Counted from the stretch's first letter, positions 10,452-23,793 are shown. The stretch: 64,000 nt of DNA from Patescibacteria group bacterium (GCA_018895015.1 JAHIOX010000015.1:11533-75532), one strand, 5' to 3'. The notes: generated by a model not told the origin, from the sequence alone. Program-made: numbers and translations.

Positions 10452-11375
10452 TCAACCCAATCCGTAAAAATAGCTTGCCAGACCAATCCACAAAATTCCA
10501 AAAATGATAAAACATGTGGCAATAATTTTACCAGCCAAAATCTTTCCGCTAGACCTCTCTTCCAACAAAAACCATGCGCAGAAAAAAATAACAATGTATT
10601 TTAAACTTTGAGTGGCGTCAACCATTGCCGGGTGCGCCAGCCAAACGGCAAAATAAACAAGAACCGACCCGACGCCCGCGTACAACCTGTTGGCAAAATA
10701 AAGAAAATGATGTTTAACTTTTGTCTGGCGGCTGGAAGAAAAAATTCTTTTTCTTAAATTTTTGCGGAGCAAAAACAAAAAAACAAAAAGCGCCCCGCCA
10801 AGCTTAATCCACGCAAAACCGGCGACAAAAGGCGCTGTTTGAAAAACAATTTTAGACAAAACATTTGATAAGCCCAAAAACAAAGCCGACGCGACGACAA
10901 AAAGAAAAAACAAAAATCTAAGCTCTTTTTTCTCAACAAAAAATAAAACTATTCCGCCTAAAACAAGGAATAAAAAAGCTGGCAATTCGCCAAAGCCAAG
11001 CGAAGAGCCAAGAAACAAATAACTGAAAAACAAAGTAAAAATCGGCGAAAACCCGCCGATAACCGGAAGCGCGCTTGACGCGTCTGAATAATCAAGGGCG
11101 TAAAACAGAAAAAGCATAGCCAGAACAAACAACGCGCCGGCGATAACGGCGGTTATAATTGTGTTTAATGGAAGAATTGTGAACCCAACCAAAAAGAAAT
11201 TTCCTGGCTGGGCAAGCCCAAATGGCAAAATGACTAACGCGAAAACGCCGAGCAACCCCAGCCAGAAAGTGTAAACAAGCGGGTCAAAAAACTTTCGCTT
11301 AAGAAGAAGCTTGTCAAAAACCGCCGAAGTCCCCAACACTACCTGCGCCAAAACGGCAATCAAAAGCCAGTTCAT
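10452..11375 (-). CDS. EamA/DMT-family membrane protein
   Basis: About 10 TM segments with two-fold internal repeat. Confidence 0.65.
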   Translation of the reverse strand: MNWLLIAVLAQVVLGTSAVFDKLLLKRKFFDPLVYTFWLGLLGVFALVILPFGLAQPGNFFLVGFTILPLNTIITAVIAGALFVLAMLFLFYALDYSDASSALPVIGGFSPIFTLFFSYLFLGSSLGFGELPAFLFLVLGGIVLFFVEKKELRFLFFLFVVASALFLGLSNVLSKIVFQTAPFVAGFAWIKLGGALFVFLFLLRKNLRKRIFSSSRQTKVKHHFLYFANRLYAGVGSVLVYFAVWLAHPAMVDATQSLKYIVIFFCAWFLLEERSSGKILAGKIIATCFIIFGILWIGLASYFYGLG

Positions 11376-11402
11376 TTAATAAAATTTTAACATTTTTGCG
11401 TT

Positions 11403-11442
11403 AAAAATAAAAAGCCGGGTCAGGAGCAACTCCTGGCCCAGC
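11403..11442 (-). terminator. Intrinsic terminator after the lipoprotein cassette
   Basis: GGGCCAGGAG-TTG-CTCCTGACCC hairpin followed by T-rich tract on the minus strand. Confidence 0.7.
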
Positions 11443-11448
11443 AAACAC

Positions 11449-11916
11449 TTAAAAACGTGTTACGCTCTCTGCTATCTCCATAAACTTCGGGTCATCAATA
11501 TCAACTCTACCTACCTTTTTTATTCCACGACTTGCTACGTCTATGTAGTAAATCAAACGTCCGTCAAAATTGCACAGATTCAACTCTCCGTTTATTATTA
11601 CTTTGTCTCCAATCCTCAATCCTGAGGCTACTCCGATCGACGAAATCACTTGTATTGTCTCAAATTTTTTACCGCTATTATTATCGTCGAACGGCAAAAT
11701 TCCAATAAAAACATCTGCGTATAACGCAGTTAAACCTAATACAGATTGGTATGCCCGTGTCATCAAAACAACACCATCAGTAAAAACGAATTTTTTTGCA
11801 AGATATTTTTGCGGATTTTTTGAAACCTCCTGCAATGAAACTTGCTCGTCCGCGCCGGGAAACAATGAACACCCAACCAACAATAAAATCATTGCTATAA
11901 TCACTGATTTTCTCAT
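11449..11916 (-). CDS. Hypothetical lipoprotein (possible OB-fold)
   Basis: MRKS-hydrophobic-LLVGC lipobox; GDKVIING beta-strand motif; SD-like GGGGGGTGG 5 nt upstream. Confidence 0.65.
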   Translation of the reverse strand: MRKSVIIAMILLLVGCSLFPGADEQVSLQEVSKNPQKYLAKKFVFTDGVVLMTRAYQSVLGLTALYADVFIGILPFDDNNSGKKFETIQVISSIGVASGLRIGDKVIINGELNLCNFDGRLIYYIDVASRGIKKVGRVDIDDPKFMEIAESVTRF

Positions 11917-11966
11917 GACATCCACCCCCCATTTCATCTAGTTTTTAAATTTCTATTTTGTAGTAA

Positions 11967-11995
11967 ATTATAACATGGCTCTATTACTTTTGCAA
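11967..11995 (-). promoter_or_regulatory. Promoter of the lipoprotein cassette
   Basis: TTGCAA-17 nt-TATAAT with extended TG. Confidence 0.6.
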
Positions 11996-12040
11996 GCCCT
12001 TGCTATTCATGGACGCCAATCCGGATTTTGCGCTCCATTG

Positions 12041-12604
12041 TTATACGATATAAATAATCAATATAATTATAGACATTAAAAAAACTAAAAACTCAGCAAC
12101 TGCGATTGGGTGCCATTTATAATAAATATTTTTTACCCAATCAGCGTCTCCGTGCTCTTTTACATAATTAGGCAATTCTTTTTCGCTAAAAGAAAAAATA
12201 AATTTTCTAAGACCTTTTTTGATTTTTTTAGAATAAAGATAAAAAAACGCATAATTATTCCTTGAAAATGGGTAAAGCCATTTTATTCCCCATCCAATTC
12301 CAATGCTGTCATGAACAAAATGCAAAAATGACGCCACAAGAAAAAGTAGCGACCAAGCTTTTCCAAATATCAACCAAATAATACTTGCGCCTATGGGCAA
12401 GTATATTAATGGATAATGAATTATATCTCTATGTTTATAATCTTCTTTGGTATCGCCTCGTTTTGAATAAAAAAACAAAAAATCTGCATCAGGCAACAAA
12501 GTAAAAATGATTGCAAAAAGAAACACCCAAAAATCAGGATTGATGTGAAAAATCCAACTTATAAAAATTACCGAAAAAATACCTAATGCAATATCTAAAA
12601 ACAT
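12041..12604 (-). CDS. Membrane-bound metal-dependent hydrolase (YdjM-like)
   Basis: LLPDAD, HR..IH.P, LHFVHD, G.KWLYPF. Confidence 0.75.
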   Translation of the reverse strand: MFLDIALGIFSVIFISWIFHINPDFWVFLFAIIFTLLPDADFLFFYSKRGDTKEDYKHRDIIHYPLIYLPIGASIIWLIFGKAWSLLFLVASFLHFVHDSIGIGWGIKWLYPFSRNNYAFFYLYSKKIKKGLRKFIFSFSEKELPNYVKEHGDADWVKNIYYKWHPIAVAEFLVFLMSIIILIIYIV

Positions 12605-13341
12605 TTTTTTATTTTTTTATAACTAAAACCGACTTTAAAATTAACAAGATATGCTCCAATAAAATAGTTATAAATAATTCTAACTAGAAAAGCGATCTTA
12701 TTTTTTATTTTATCTTTTCGAGACAATTTGTTTGTCTTTGTAGCATAAGTTATAGAATCTATAAATTTAATATTTTTAAAAAAATTTGATTTATATAAAT
12801 ATTTTTCTACTACCCTTCTTGGACCTGGAAATCCTAAAATTCTTTTACAAGCAATTTCTGGTAATCCAAATGTATCATGAAAAGCCATTATCCCGCCATC
12901 AATTAAATGCGGAAACCATGACTTAAAATCAATCTCTACGAATTCATATTCATGGGCGCCATCTATAAAAATAAAACCAACCGGCTTATCCCATTCACTT
13001 GCCGCCTCCTCTGAAGTTTTAACAACGGGATTTATTACTTCTCCCACTTGCGCCTTTTTAATATTTTTTTTAAATTCATCAAAAGTCCATACTTGGCCAT
13101 ACATTGTTTGATGTTCAGAACTGCCAGCGTGAGGATCAATCGCATAAACCGGAGTTTTATTGCCGACCAATGAACCGCCGGCAAGCCAAATTGTAGATTT
13201 TCCCTTCCAAGAGCCAATTTCTACAATAACGCCCTTCTTGCACTTTTTAGCATATTCATATAAAAATCTGCCTTCTTTATTTGTAAGCCAGCCTTCTGTA
13301 TTTTTAGCAAAATTAGATATTGTTTTTATATTATTATCCAT
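12595..13341 (-). CDS. Class I SAM-dependent methyltransferase (Methyltransf_24-like)
   Basis: VEIGSWKGKST, FIFIDGAHEY, GG.MAFHD. Confidence 0.85.
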   Translation of the reverse strand: MDNNIKTISNFAKNTEGWLTNKEGRFLYEYAKKCKKGVIVEIGSWKGKSTIWLAGGSLVGNKTPVYAIDPHAGSSEHQTMYGQVWTFDEFKKNIKKAQVGEVINPVVKTSEEAASEWDKPVGFIFIDGAHEYEFVEIDFKSWFPHLIDGGIMAFHDTFGLPEIACKRILGFPGPRRVVEKYLYKSNFFKNIKFIDSITYATKTNKLSRKDKIKNKIAFLVRIIYNYFIGAYLVNFKVGFSYKKIKKCF

Positions 13342-13353
13342 GTAATTTAATTT

Positions 13354-14625
13354 TTATATTTCTAATTTATTATTTTTGCAAATTTTAGCGTATTCATATG
13401 CGCTAGGACGAATTTTGCGTTCTTGAGTTTTAAAATCCACCTCAACCAAACCGAATCTCGGCCAAAATCCGCGAATTTCAACAAACTCAAAATTATCTAT
13501 TAATGACCAATGGAAATATCCTTTTACGTCTACCCCGTCTTTTATTGCCTTATGCACCCAGTACAAATGCTCTTTTATAAATTTTTCTCTTTTTTCGTCT
13601 TTGGCATCAGCCAATCCATTTTCAGTGATATAAATCGGCTTGTTATATTTTTGCAAATTCTTAAGAAAATGGTAAATTCCTTCTGGATATATTTTCCAGC
13701 CTAAATCGGTTCGTTCTCCGCCAGTATCAAGATTATTTTCAATTATTCCTAAAAAATTTCCCCCTAACCTAAATCCCATTTCTATTGAACGATAATATTG
13801 AAACGCGACATAATCAATATTTTTTTTAATTTTTTTAAAAAAACCGCCTTCTAAATAACTGATAATTTTTGCCAAAATTTTATTGTATATTTTATTTTTG
13901 TAAGGAATAAAAAAGTTTGCCGAATTTCCAACACCAACCAACGCAGAATCGGAAATTGAATGTATAGCGTTATAAGCCGATTTCTGCGCTTTGATAAGAT
14001 TCGCCCTTGTTCTCGCCGCCTTAAAAATACTTTTGTTTCCCGGAGGCTGAGTTCCCTTGATTGTTCCTAAAGAAGTATAAACCGCCGGCTCGTTCAGCGT
14101 TATCCAAAATTTTACATCGCTGAAAGATGCTACGATTTTGCTTACATAACGTTCAAAATATTTTGGAGCATTTTTGTTTAACCAGCCGCCTTTCTCCGCA
14201 AGCCATATCGGCAAAGTCCAATGCCAAAGCGTTACAAACGGCTCAAGTCCGCGCGCGCGAAGAGCTTTTATAACTTTTCTATAATGCTCAATTTCTTTTT
14301 CGTCAAACTTCCCTTCTTCCGGCTCAATGCGACTCCACTCTATGGAAAAACGGTGCGCGTTGTGGCCTAGCGATTTCGCAATGCCAAAATCTTCTTCATA
14401 ACGATTGTAATGGTCGCATGCCCGACCGGAAATATAATTTTCCGGCTCAAACATTTCCGGGAATTTCTTTTTTTGCCAATCCTGCCAATGAGTTTGCGCT
14501 TCTTTTGCCAGCCGAGCGCTGTTCGCATGCTCCCATTCGCTCCAATCATTATAATTATTCCCTTCAACTTGATGCGCCGAAGTCGCCGCTCCCCAATAAA
14601 ATCCTTTTGGAAATTCGTATTTCAT
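13354..14625 (-). CDS. Glycoside hydrolase family 1 (beta-glucosidase)
   Basis: FYWGAATSAHQVEG, RFSIEWSRI, TLNEP (acid/base), ITENG (nucleophile), WSLIDNFE. Confidence 0.92.
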   Translation of the reverse strand: MKYEFPKGFYWGAATSAHQVEGNNYNDWSEWEHANSARLAKEAQTHWQDWQKKKFPEMFEPENYISGRACDHYNRYEEDFGIAKSLGHNAHRFSIEWSRIEPEEGKFDEKEIEHYRKVIKALRARGLEPFVTLWHWTLPIWLAEKGGWLNKNAPKYFERYVSKIVASFSDVKFWITLNEPAVYTSLGTIKGTQPPGNKSIFKAARTRANLIKAQKSAYNAIHSISDSALVGVGNSANFFIPYKNKIYNKILAKIISYLEGGFFKKIKKNIDYVAFQYYRSIEMGFRLGGNFLGIIENNLDTGGERTDLGWKIYPEGIYHFLKNLQKYNKPIYITENGLADAKDEKREKFIKEHLYWVHKAIKDGVDVKGYFHWSLIDNFEFVEIRGFWPRFGLVEVDFKTQERKIRPSAYEYAKICKNNKLEI

Positions 14626-15470
14626 TTATTTAATAAAAGTAAATTTTTAAAAATCATTGCCACTGTTATAGGCCCGATTCCGCCCGGCACCGGCGTAAAA
14701 ATAGATGCTTTTTCAGCGACCTCCGGAGCAACATCGCCGACTATACTTGTACTTGGAAATCCAGTTTCCAAATGGAAACTGGATTTCCAGTAACTTGTTC
14801 CCGCGTCTATTATTATAACTCCCTCCTTCACTATTTCTGGCGTTATCAAATCCGGTTTTCCAACTCCTGAAATTATTATGTCCGCCTCTTTTGTAAATTT
14901 TGTGATATCCGAGGTAGCGCTGTTTAAGACTGAAACCGCAGCGCCTCGGTTGATAAGCCAAATCGCAACGGGCTTGCCAACCAAAATTCCACGTCCGATT
15001 ACAACCGCATGCTTCCCATTCAAATCAACTCCGACTTTATCCAAAATAATTTTTGTGGCGCCAACAACCGGCGGAAGAATTTTACTCCTATCCGTAGAAA
15101 AATCTCCAAACGCGCGCGAGGACAAAACATCAACGTCTTTTTTAAGAACAATCCCATTCAAAACATATTGGGTATTTATTTGCTTTGGAAGCGGAAGCTG
15201 AAGAATTACGCCTGAATTTTCCTTAATATGGCTAATTCCAGCCATATTTTGGCGAAGTTTATTCGTTGAAATATCAGCCGGCAGATTATAAACTTTAGTT
15301 TTTACGCCGATTTCCTCGGCAAATTTCACTTTTCTTTCAATAAATTTTTTTGAAACAGGGTCGTCACCCGCCTGAACAATTGCAAGTTTAAGTTTTTTGT
15401 CAGTTTTTGAAATCTCCTGTTTTAGAAACTCCTTAATCTCCTCCGCAATTTTTCTGCCGTCAATAATCAT
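14622..15470 (-). CDS. folD: Methylenetetrahydrofolate dehydrogenase/cyclohydrolase
   Basis: IIDGRKIA, QLPLP, KDVD, VGKP, TPVPGGIGPITV. Confidence 0.93.
   Translation of the reverse strand: MIIDGRKIAEEIKEFLKQEISKTDKKLKLAIVQAGDDPVSKKFIERKVKFAEEIGVKTKVYNLPADISTNKLRQNMAGISHIKENSGVILQLPLPKQINTQYVLNGIVLKKDVDVLSSRAFGDFSTDRSKILPPVVGATKIILDKVGVDLNGKHAVVIGRGILVGKPVAIWLINRGAAVSVLNSATSDITKFTKEADIIISGVGKPDLITPEIVKEGVIIIDAGTSYWKSSFHLETGFPSTSIVGDVAPEVAEKASIFTPVPGGIGPITVAMIFKNLLLLNK
14751..14792. repeat. Family A palindrome, copy in folD
   Basis: TGGAAATCCAGTTTCCA-AA-TGGAAACTGGATTTCCA. Confidence 0.93.
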
Positions 15471-15484
15471 AATATTAGTTTAAA

Positions 15485-16696
15485 TTATTTAAGTGTTTTA
15501 TCAATCTTCTCCGCGATCTTTATCATATCTTTTTCTTTCATTCCCAATGTAGTTACTGCCGGCGTTCCAATGCGAATGCCTGACGGGCCTGCCGGCCTGC
15601 GCGTATCAAACGGAATCATATTTTTATTCACGATAATTCCCGCTCTTTCCAGTTTATCGCTCGCCTCTTTTCCGCTTATTCCGCGCGACCATGTATCAAC
15701 CAAAAATAAATGCGTGTCAGTTCCGCCGGAAACAATTCTCCACCCGCGTTTTTTTAATTCGTTTGCCAAAACTTGCGCGTTTTTCACTACTTGGTTAGCG
15801 TATATTTTAAAACTTGGCGACATCGCTTCTTTAAGGCAAACGGCAATAGCGGCGATTTGATTTATGTGCGGCCCGCCCTGCAATCCCGGAAAAACCGCCC
15901 GGTCAATTAGGACATCCAGTGTCCACTTGGACACTGGATGTCCAAGTGGTTTAATTTTGCGAGAAAAAATCATTGCTCCACGAGGACCGCGAAGAATTTT
16001 GTGCGTGGTGGTCATTACGACATCCGCGTACGGGAATGGAGATGGATGCTCTCCGCCGGCCACAAGGCCGGCAATATGCGACATATCAACCATCAAATAA
16101 GCGCCGGCCGCGTCGGCTATTTTTCTAAATTTTCTAAAATCAATTTTACGAGAATAGGCGGTAGCGCCGACAACAACCATCGCAGGTTTTTCTTTTTTAG
16201 CTATTTTAAAAATTTCTTCATAATCAAGCCTTTCGGTTTTTTTACTGACTCCGTAAGGAACTTGTTCCCAAAATTTTCCTGTCATGGAAACTTTCTGGCC
16301 ATGAGTCAAATGCCCGCCCATCTCAAGCGACATACCCATAATCTTACTGCCGATTGGAACAAGCGCCGAATAAATCGCCAGATTTGCCGGCGAGCCGGAA
16401 TACGGCTGGACATTAACATGCCACCTCGACTTCGCTCTGTGCAAGCATTTTTTATTACAAAGCTTAAACAGTTTCAACGCGCGATTTTTGCAAAGCTCTT
16501 CTATTTCATCAACTATTTCATTTCCGCCATAATATCTTTTGCCAGGATATCCCTCCGCGTATTTATTAGTAAAAACCGAGCCGAGCGCGCGCAAAACATC
16601 CCCGGAAACATAATTCTCCGAAGCAATCAAATTAACGGCCTTTTTCTGCCGCTTTTCTTCAAGCTTAATTAATCGCTCTATTTCAGAATCTGTCAT
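15485..16696 (-). CDS. glyA: Serine hydroxymethyltransferase
   Basis: LIASEN, NKYAEGYPGKRYYGG, GGHLTHG, TTTHK.LRGPRG, FPGLQGGP. Confidence 0.97.
   Translation of the reverse strand: MTDSEIERLIKLEEKRQKKAVNLIASENYVSGDVLRALGSVFTNKYAEGYPGKRYYGGNEIVDEIEELCKNRALKLFKLCNKKCLHRAKSRWHVNVQPYSGSPANLAIYSALVPIGSKIMGMSLEMGGHLTHGQKVSMTGKFWEQVPYGVSKKTERLDYEEIFKIAKKEKPAMVVVGATAYSRKIDFRKFRKIADAAGAYLMVDMSHIAGLVAGGEHPSPFPYADVVMTTTHKILRGPRGAMIFSRKIKPLGHPVSKWTLDVLIDRAVFPGLQGGPHINQIAAIAVCLKEAMSPSFKIYANQVVKNAQVLANELKKRGWRIVSGGTDTHLFLVDTWSRGISGKEASDKLERAGIIVNKNMIPFDTRRPAGPSGIRIGTPAVTTLGMKEKDMIKIAEKIDKTLK
15910..15948. repeat. Family A palindrome (GGACA/TGTCC subtype), copy in glyA
   Basis: GGACATCCAGTGTCCA-CT-TGGACACTGGATGTCC-AAGTG; exact reverse complement of 39115-39153. 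Confidence 0.93.
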
Positions 16697-16735
16697 TCTT
16701 TAATCTTAACGGCTTAAAATATTTTTTCAACCAAA

Positions 16736-17878
16736 TTACTTTGGCCCGAGAAATTCCGCTCCAATATCATCGCGATGGACATGATGCGAATAACGCCGCA
16801 TGCCCATAAGCATGCCGAGCCCGGCGTAGACAACAAGCATATGCGTTCCGCCGTAACTCATGAAAGACAGATTGACGCCGGTGATCGGCATCAAGCCGAT
16901 ATTCATTCCGACGTTAACTATAAAATGCGCCATTATTAATATCGCCAATCCGATGCCGAATAAGACTTCAAAATTACTTTCGCCCATAAAAGCGTTTCTT
17001 AAAATTCTCCAAACAACTATCCCGTAAAATAAAAAAATAAAAAAGACGCCAACAAGCCCCCACTCTTCGGCAAAAGAAGCAAAAATAAAATCAGTCTCAT
17101 GTTCAGGCAAAAAACCCAGCCTGCTTTGGCTGCCGTAACCGATCCCCTTGCCGAAAATTTGACCGGAACCCACCGCGATCATTGACTGAAGCGCGTTGTA
17201 TCCTGCCCCACGCGCATCCTTTAATGGATTAAAAAATGTAACGACTCGCGCCTTCTGATATGGCTCAAGCACAAAAAACCAAGAGACGCTGAATAAAATC
17301 GCGACTAAAATAAAAACGAGCAAAAGATGTTTTTTGCTGACGCCGGAAACCATTATCATGCCAAGCCAAATAATAGAAATAATCAAAGCCGAGCCAAAAT
17401 CCGGCTGCAAAAAACACAAAAAGGCTGGGATGGCGACATAAATGCCGGAAATAATTATATGGCGGATATGAGCAATTTCTATATGGCGCCGCGAAAAATA
17501 TTTTGCCAAAACCAGAATGACAACAAGCTTTATCGGGTCTATCGGCTCTATTGAAAAAAAATATAAATCAAACCAACTGGATGCCCCGCGCACCGCTTTC
17601 CCAAAAATCAAAAGAGACGCGAGAACAAAAACGGAAGCAAAAAAAAGCAAAAGCAAAATTTCGCCCTTGCGTAAAAACCGCCAGTCAATAAAGCTAAAAA
17701 TAAAAAAGATGCCGAAACTGACAACAACCCAAATAATCTGTCGGCTAAAAAAATAATCTCCGCCAGCCAGCGGATTCCCGGCTCCTAAAGCGCGCATTGT
17801 AATCAAGCCGGAAAAAACAATAGGCAAAGTAGCAAAAAAAAGGATCCAGTCTATCTTTAAATTCCTTGCAATCTTCAT
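16736..17878 (-). CDS. rodA: Rod shape-determining protein RodA (SEDS family)
   Basis: GASSW, QPDFG, GYNALQS.IAVGSG, FLPEHETDFIF, MPITGV.LSFMSYGG. Confidence 0.9.
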   Translation of the reverse strand: MKIARNLKIDWILFFATLPIVFSGLITMRALGAGNPLAGGDYFFSRQIIWVVVSFGIFFIFSFIDWRFLRKGEILLLLFFASVFVLASLLIFGKAVRGASSWFDLYFFSIEPIDPIKLVVILVLAKYFSRRHIEIAHIRHIIISGIYVAIPAFLCFLQPDFGSALIISIIWLGMIMVSGVSKKHLLLVFILVAILFSVSWFFVLEPYQKARVVTFFNPLKDARGAGYNALQSMIAVGSGQIFGKGIGYGSQSRLGFLPEHETDFIFASFAEEWGLVGVFFIFLFYGIVVWRILRNAFMGESNFEVLFGIGLAILIMAHFIVNVGMNIGLMPITGVNLSFMSYGGTHMLVVYAGLGMLMGMRRYSHHVHRDDIGAEFLGPK

Positions 17879-17892
17879 GCTTTTTTAAATTT

Positions 17893-18651
17893 TTAGATAC
17901 CGAATCCGGTTCTGAAAAATACATCGTTTGACAAAAGTTCCTCAACAAATGGCTGAGGCCAAGTAAATACCACGGACTTGGAACCTCCAGCGGCAACAAT
18001 GTCTATTCTGGAAGAACTTGCCCCCTTAACATTATTATCCTTGTCGTAAAGAACGGCTACGGCATAAATATCTTTTGCCGGCAAAGCGGATTTATTGTCT
18101 ATAACAATGTAAAGCCGCGGAGACGGATCATTAACAAACTCTTTTTTTGAAACCACGAGCTGCATTTTTTCTTTTTCAACAATTTCCCATTTAAAATCAT
18201 TTTTAAACTCAATAAAAGCGCGCTCCGGAACGCGATTGCCGGTGTCTATGTCAGTTTCAAAAATCGGGAAAGCCTCTCCAGAATTGATAAAAGTTTCTCC
18301 GTCTCTAACGGCAATCAACACATTATTTTTATCATAAAGCTTAAGCTGATAGCTGATGGAAGGAATTGCGAGGCGCAGATTCGGATTATCAACCAGCGCG
18401 ATAGCTTCGTATAAATTTTCATCTATTTTAAAAACATTTGCCCATGGGACAATTAAATTTTTTATATCGCCCTTGCATTGATTTTGGCATGGCCCGCCGC
18501 AATCAATCCCCTGTTCATTCTGATTTTGTTTATTATCAAAACAGGTTGGAGCGAATGCCCTGAACGCTAAAAATACTATCATTCCAAAAACAATGACTAA
18601 AAAAAGCGCCAGATATGTCAGTTGTCTTTTTATCGCCCATGGAATATTCAT
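17893..18651 (-). CDS. Membrane-anchored hypothetical protein with Cys-rich motif
   Basis: N-terminal TM; TCFDNKQNQNEQGIDCGGPC. Confidence 0.7.
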   Translation of the reverse strand: MNIPWAIKRQLTYLALFLVIVFGMIVFLAFRAFAPTCFDNKQNQNEQGIDCGGPCQNQCKGDIKNLIVPWANVFKIDENLYEAIALVDNPNLRLAIPSISYQLKLYDKNNVLIAVRDGETFINSGEAFPIFETDIDTGNRVPERAFIEFKNDFKWEIVEKEKMQLVVSKKEFVNDPSPRLYIVIDNKSALPAKDIYAVAVLYDKDNNVKGASSSRIDIVAAGGSKSVVFTWPQPFVEELLSNDVFFRTGFGI

Positions 18652-18675
18652 AACTACATAATACAGAATTTTAAG

Positions 18676-18707
18676 GAAAAAATAAAACGCGGGAAAAACC
18701 CCGCGCT
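18676..18707 (-). terminator. Terminator of the 23S-5S unit
   Basis: CGCGGG-N6-CCCGCG hairpin followed by T tract on the minus strand. Confidence 0.65.
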
Positions 18708-18724
18708 AAAATTGAATTTTTAAG

Positions 18725-18829
18725 ACTGGCGGCTGGCTACTTTCCCCTTGCGAGTATCATCGCTACTACCACCTTTCACTTCCGTGTTCGGAATGGGAAC
18801 GGGTGGGACAATGGCGTCTAGCCACCAGA
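18725..18829 (-). rRNA. rrf: 5S rRNA (short, ~105 nt)
   Basis: CCCGTTCCCATTCCGAACACGGAAGTGAA, GATGATACT; CTGG/CCAG terminal stem. Confidence 0.95.
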
Positions 18830-18884
18830 CTAAAAAATTCAATTGTTATTTTTTACGTCATTTTCAGAATCATAAATTTCCTAA

Positions 18885-21965
<3,081 letters not shown>

Positions 21966-22166
21966 TTAGGAAATTAATAATTCTGAAATATAAACGTAAA
22001 AATACTTTAATTACCCATTATGTTTTCAAAGTTCTGGCATTTCTGTCTTTAAAAAATAAAAAATCCGCTTTTAGAAGCGGCTTAATCAAGCAAAAGTAGA
22101 ACAAATGCTACCCTTTTTTACGCTTCCAAAATATTCCTATTTTCTTTCTTATCATATCTTAATTTC

Positions 22167-22194
22167 ATTATATATTCGCAAAACAAAAAGTCAA
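22167..22194 (-). promoter_or_regulatory. Sigma70 promoter of the 23S-5S unit
   Basis: TTGACT-16 nt-TATAAT, immediately after hairpin 22193-22223. Confidence 0.8.
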
Positions 22195-22260
22195 CCCCCG
22201 CCTTTTAGTAAAAGGCGGGGGTTGCTGACAATCTTTTATTTTACCCTTTAAAACAAAATA

Positions 22261-22947
22261 CTACTTTGATCCAAGATCTCTTTTTAATTTTTCAACATAC
22301 TGCGACGCCGCCTCTTTTCCGCCAAGCCCAAAAGCAAGACCGCCTGCAATCGCGAGCATCGCCACAAATCCCGTGAAAAGGGTTTGGGCAAAAATACCGG
22401 CAATCCCAAGCTGGTAAAGAGCCGCGAGAATCGCAAAAATCCAAATTGACCATTTGGTTATTCCTCCCAAAAGCTGGGTTGAAGGAACACCAGCCGCCTT
22501 AGCCGAACCGACAACAATACGATGCATGGCATTAGCAAGAAAAGCGGCAACAACCAAGATAAGAGCGGCAACAATAACATTAGGAAGATAAGCAAGAACA
22601 ACGTCTTTTAAAAACACATTGACCTGCTGGAGCCCCAGAACATCTATTGAAGCGATTAAAAAAGCGATAATTAAAAACCATCGCACCAAACCGCCAATAA
22701 AAGCCCCTGAATCAAGTCTAAATCCGGCTCTTGCCAAAGGTTCTTCTATCCCTAAAGACTGAAGCGCTTTATCAACTTTAAAGGAACGGATTATTCTGGA
22801 GACTAATTTATCTAAAGTCACAGCAATCACCCAACCTATAATGAAGATTATTATCGCTATAATGAATTTTGGAATAAACATTATTGCTCCTCCCCAAAGT
22901 TGCTGAAAAGAATAAAACAGCACATCACTCCAAGTTTGTAACAACAT
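22261..22947 (-). CDS. Conserved TM-helix repeat protein (CmpX / small mechanosensitive channel-like)
   Basis: Repeated F/Y.P..I.A motifs; GGLAFGLGGKE.A C-terminus. Confidence 0.8.
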   Translation of the reverse strand: MLLQTWSDVLFYSFQQLWGGAIMFIPKFIIAIIIFIIGWVIAVTLDKLVSRIIRSFKVDKALQSLGIEEPLARAGFRLDSGAFIGGLVRWFLIIAFLIASIDVLGLQQVNVFLKDVVLAYLPNVIVAALILVVAAFLANAMHRIVVGSAKAAGVPSTQLLGGITKWSIWIFAILAALYQLGIAGIFAQTLFTGFVAMLAIAGGLAFGLGGKEAASQYVEKLKRDLGSK

Positions 22948-23074
22948 AAGCTTTATTATTTAAACTATTAATAAAATTACTACGCGTAATAATTTTAAAT
23001 CGACCTGTTTTATACATAATTCAATTATACCAACAATTAAAAAAATTTTAATGGCTTATGTGGATAACCTTGCT

Positions 23075-23146
23075 TGGGCGGTGCAGGAATCGGACCTGCG
23101 CTCTCTGCAATGTGAATGCAGCATTTTACCATTAAACTAACCGCCC
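23075..23146 (-). tRNA. tRNA-Val(CAC), atypical T-loop (TCCGA)
   Basis: GGGCGGT/ACCGCCC acceptor; CTGCA-TTCACAT-TGCAG anticodon arm. Confidence 0.88.
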
Positions 23147-23773
23147 TTACACGTTTAGCTTATTAATTAGCTTCTCATGCGGATAATCCAGCACGTCGCG
23201 CACAAATTTATCATACATTCCAAACCTGTACAAAAATTCCTTAGTGCTTAAAACAGCGAAAACAAGCTCTTTGCCGATTTCCGCTTCAATGTTTTTTAAC
23301 ACTTTTTGCAAAACCGCCTTTTTTATGGCGTCGCCAACCAAAAACAGGTCTGTTCTGCTGTCTTCGGATTGTATAAAAATTCCTGAAAGAATCGCGAGTT
23401 TCATCCTGCCAACCGAGCTTAACATTTTTATTAATCTCTCATTATCAATAGGCACAGTATCAACAACAAGGCTTTTAAGCGAGCGAAAAAATGGAAAAGA
23501 CATGTTTAATCTTAAGCCGTGAATTTTTTTCCTTATATTTTTTATTTTGCCGTTCTTGAGTTTAATAATGTCATCAATTTTCTCCTCTTTCTGCGTTACA
23601 AAACCCACGCTTTTTAAAAGCAAAATTTCCCGCCGCGCGGATGGCAAAGCCACCCTTGTGCGGCGGGAAATTTCCTTAATATCAAAAAACATATCAGGGT
23701 TTAAGAAAAAAAGCCGTATGATTTTAACTCTCGAGGCAGAGCCGAAGAGCCTTTCTAAAACCCTTTCTTTCAT
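23147..23773 (-). CDS. Winged-HTH plus nucleotidyltransferase-like protein
   Basis: LFGS..RVKIIRLF..EISRRT..RREI..L HTH; LSGIF....DLFLVGD. Confidence 0.65.
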   Translation of the reverse strand: MKERVLERLFGSASRVKIIRLFFLNPDMFFDIKEISRRTRVALPSARREILLLKSVGFVTQKEEKIDDIIKLKNGKIKNIRKKIHGLRLNMSFPFFRSLKSLVVDTVPIDNERLIKMLSSVGRMKLAILSGIFIQSEDSRTDLFLVGDAIKKAVLQKVLKNIEAEIGKELVFAVLSTKEFLYRFGMYDKFVRDVLDYPHEKLINKLNV

Positions 23774-23793
23774 ATTATTTTATGATATCACAA

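Noticed and set aside
15938-16672. 244-aa plus-strand ORF and other antisense ORFs (e.g. 31085-31615, 47759-48283, 56205-56711)
   Set aside because: They are shadows of well-supported minus-strand genes with no recognisable motifs.
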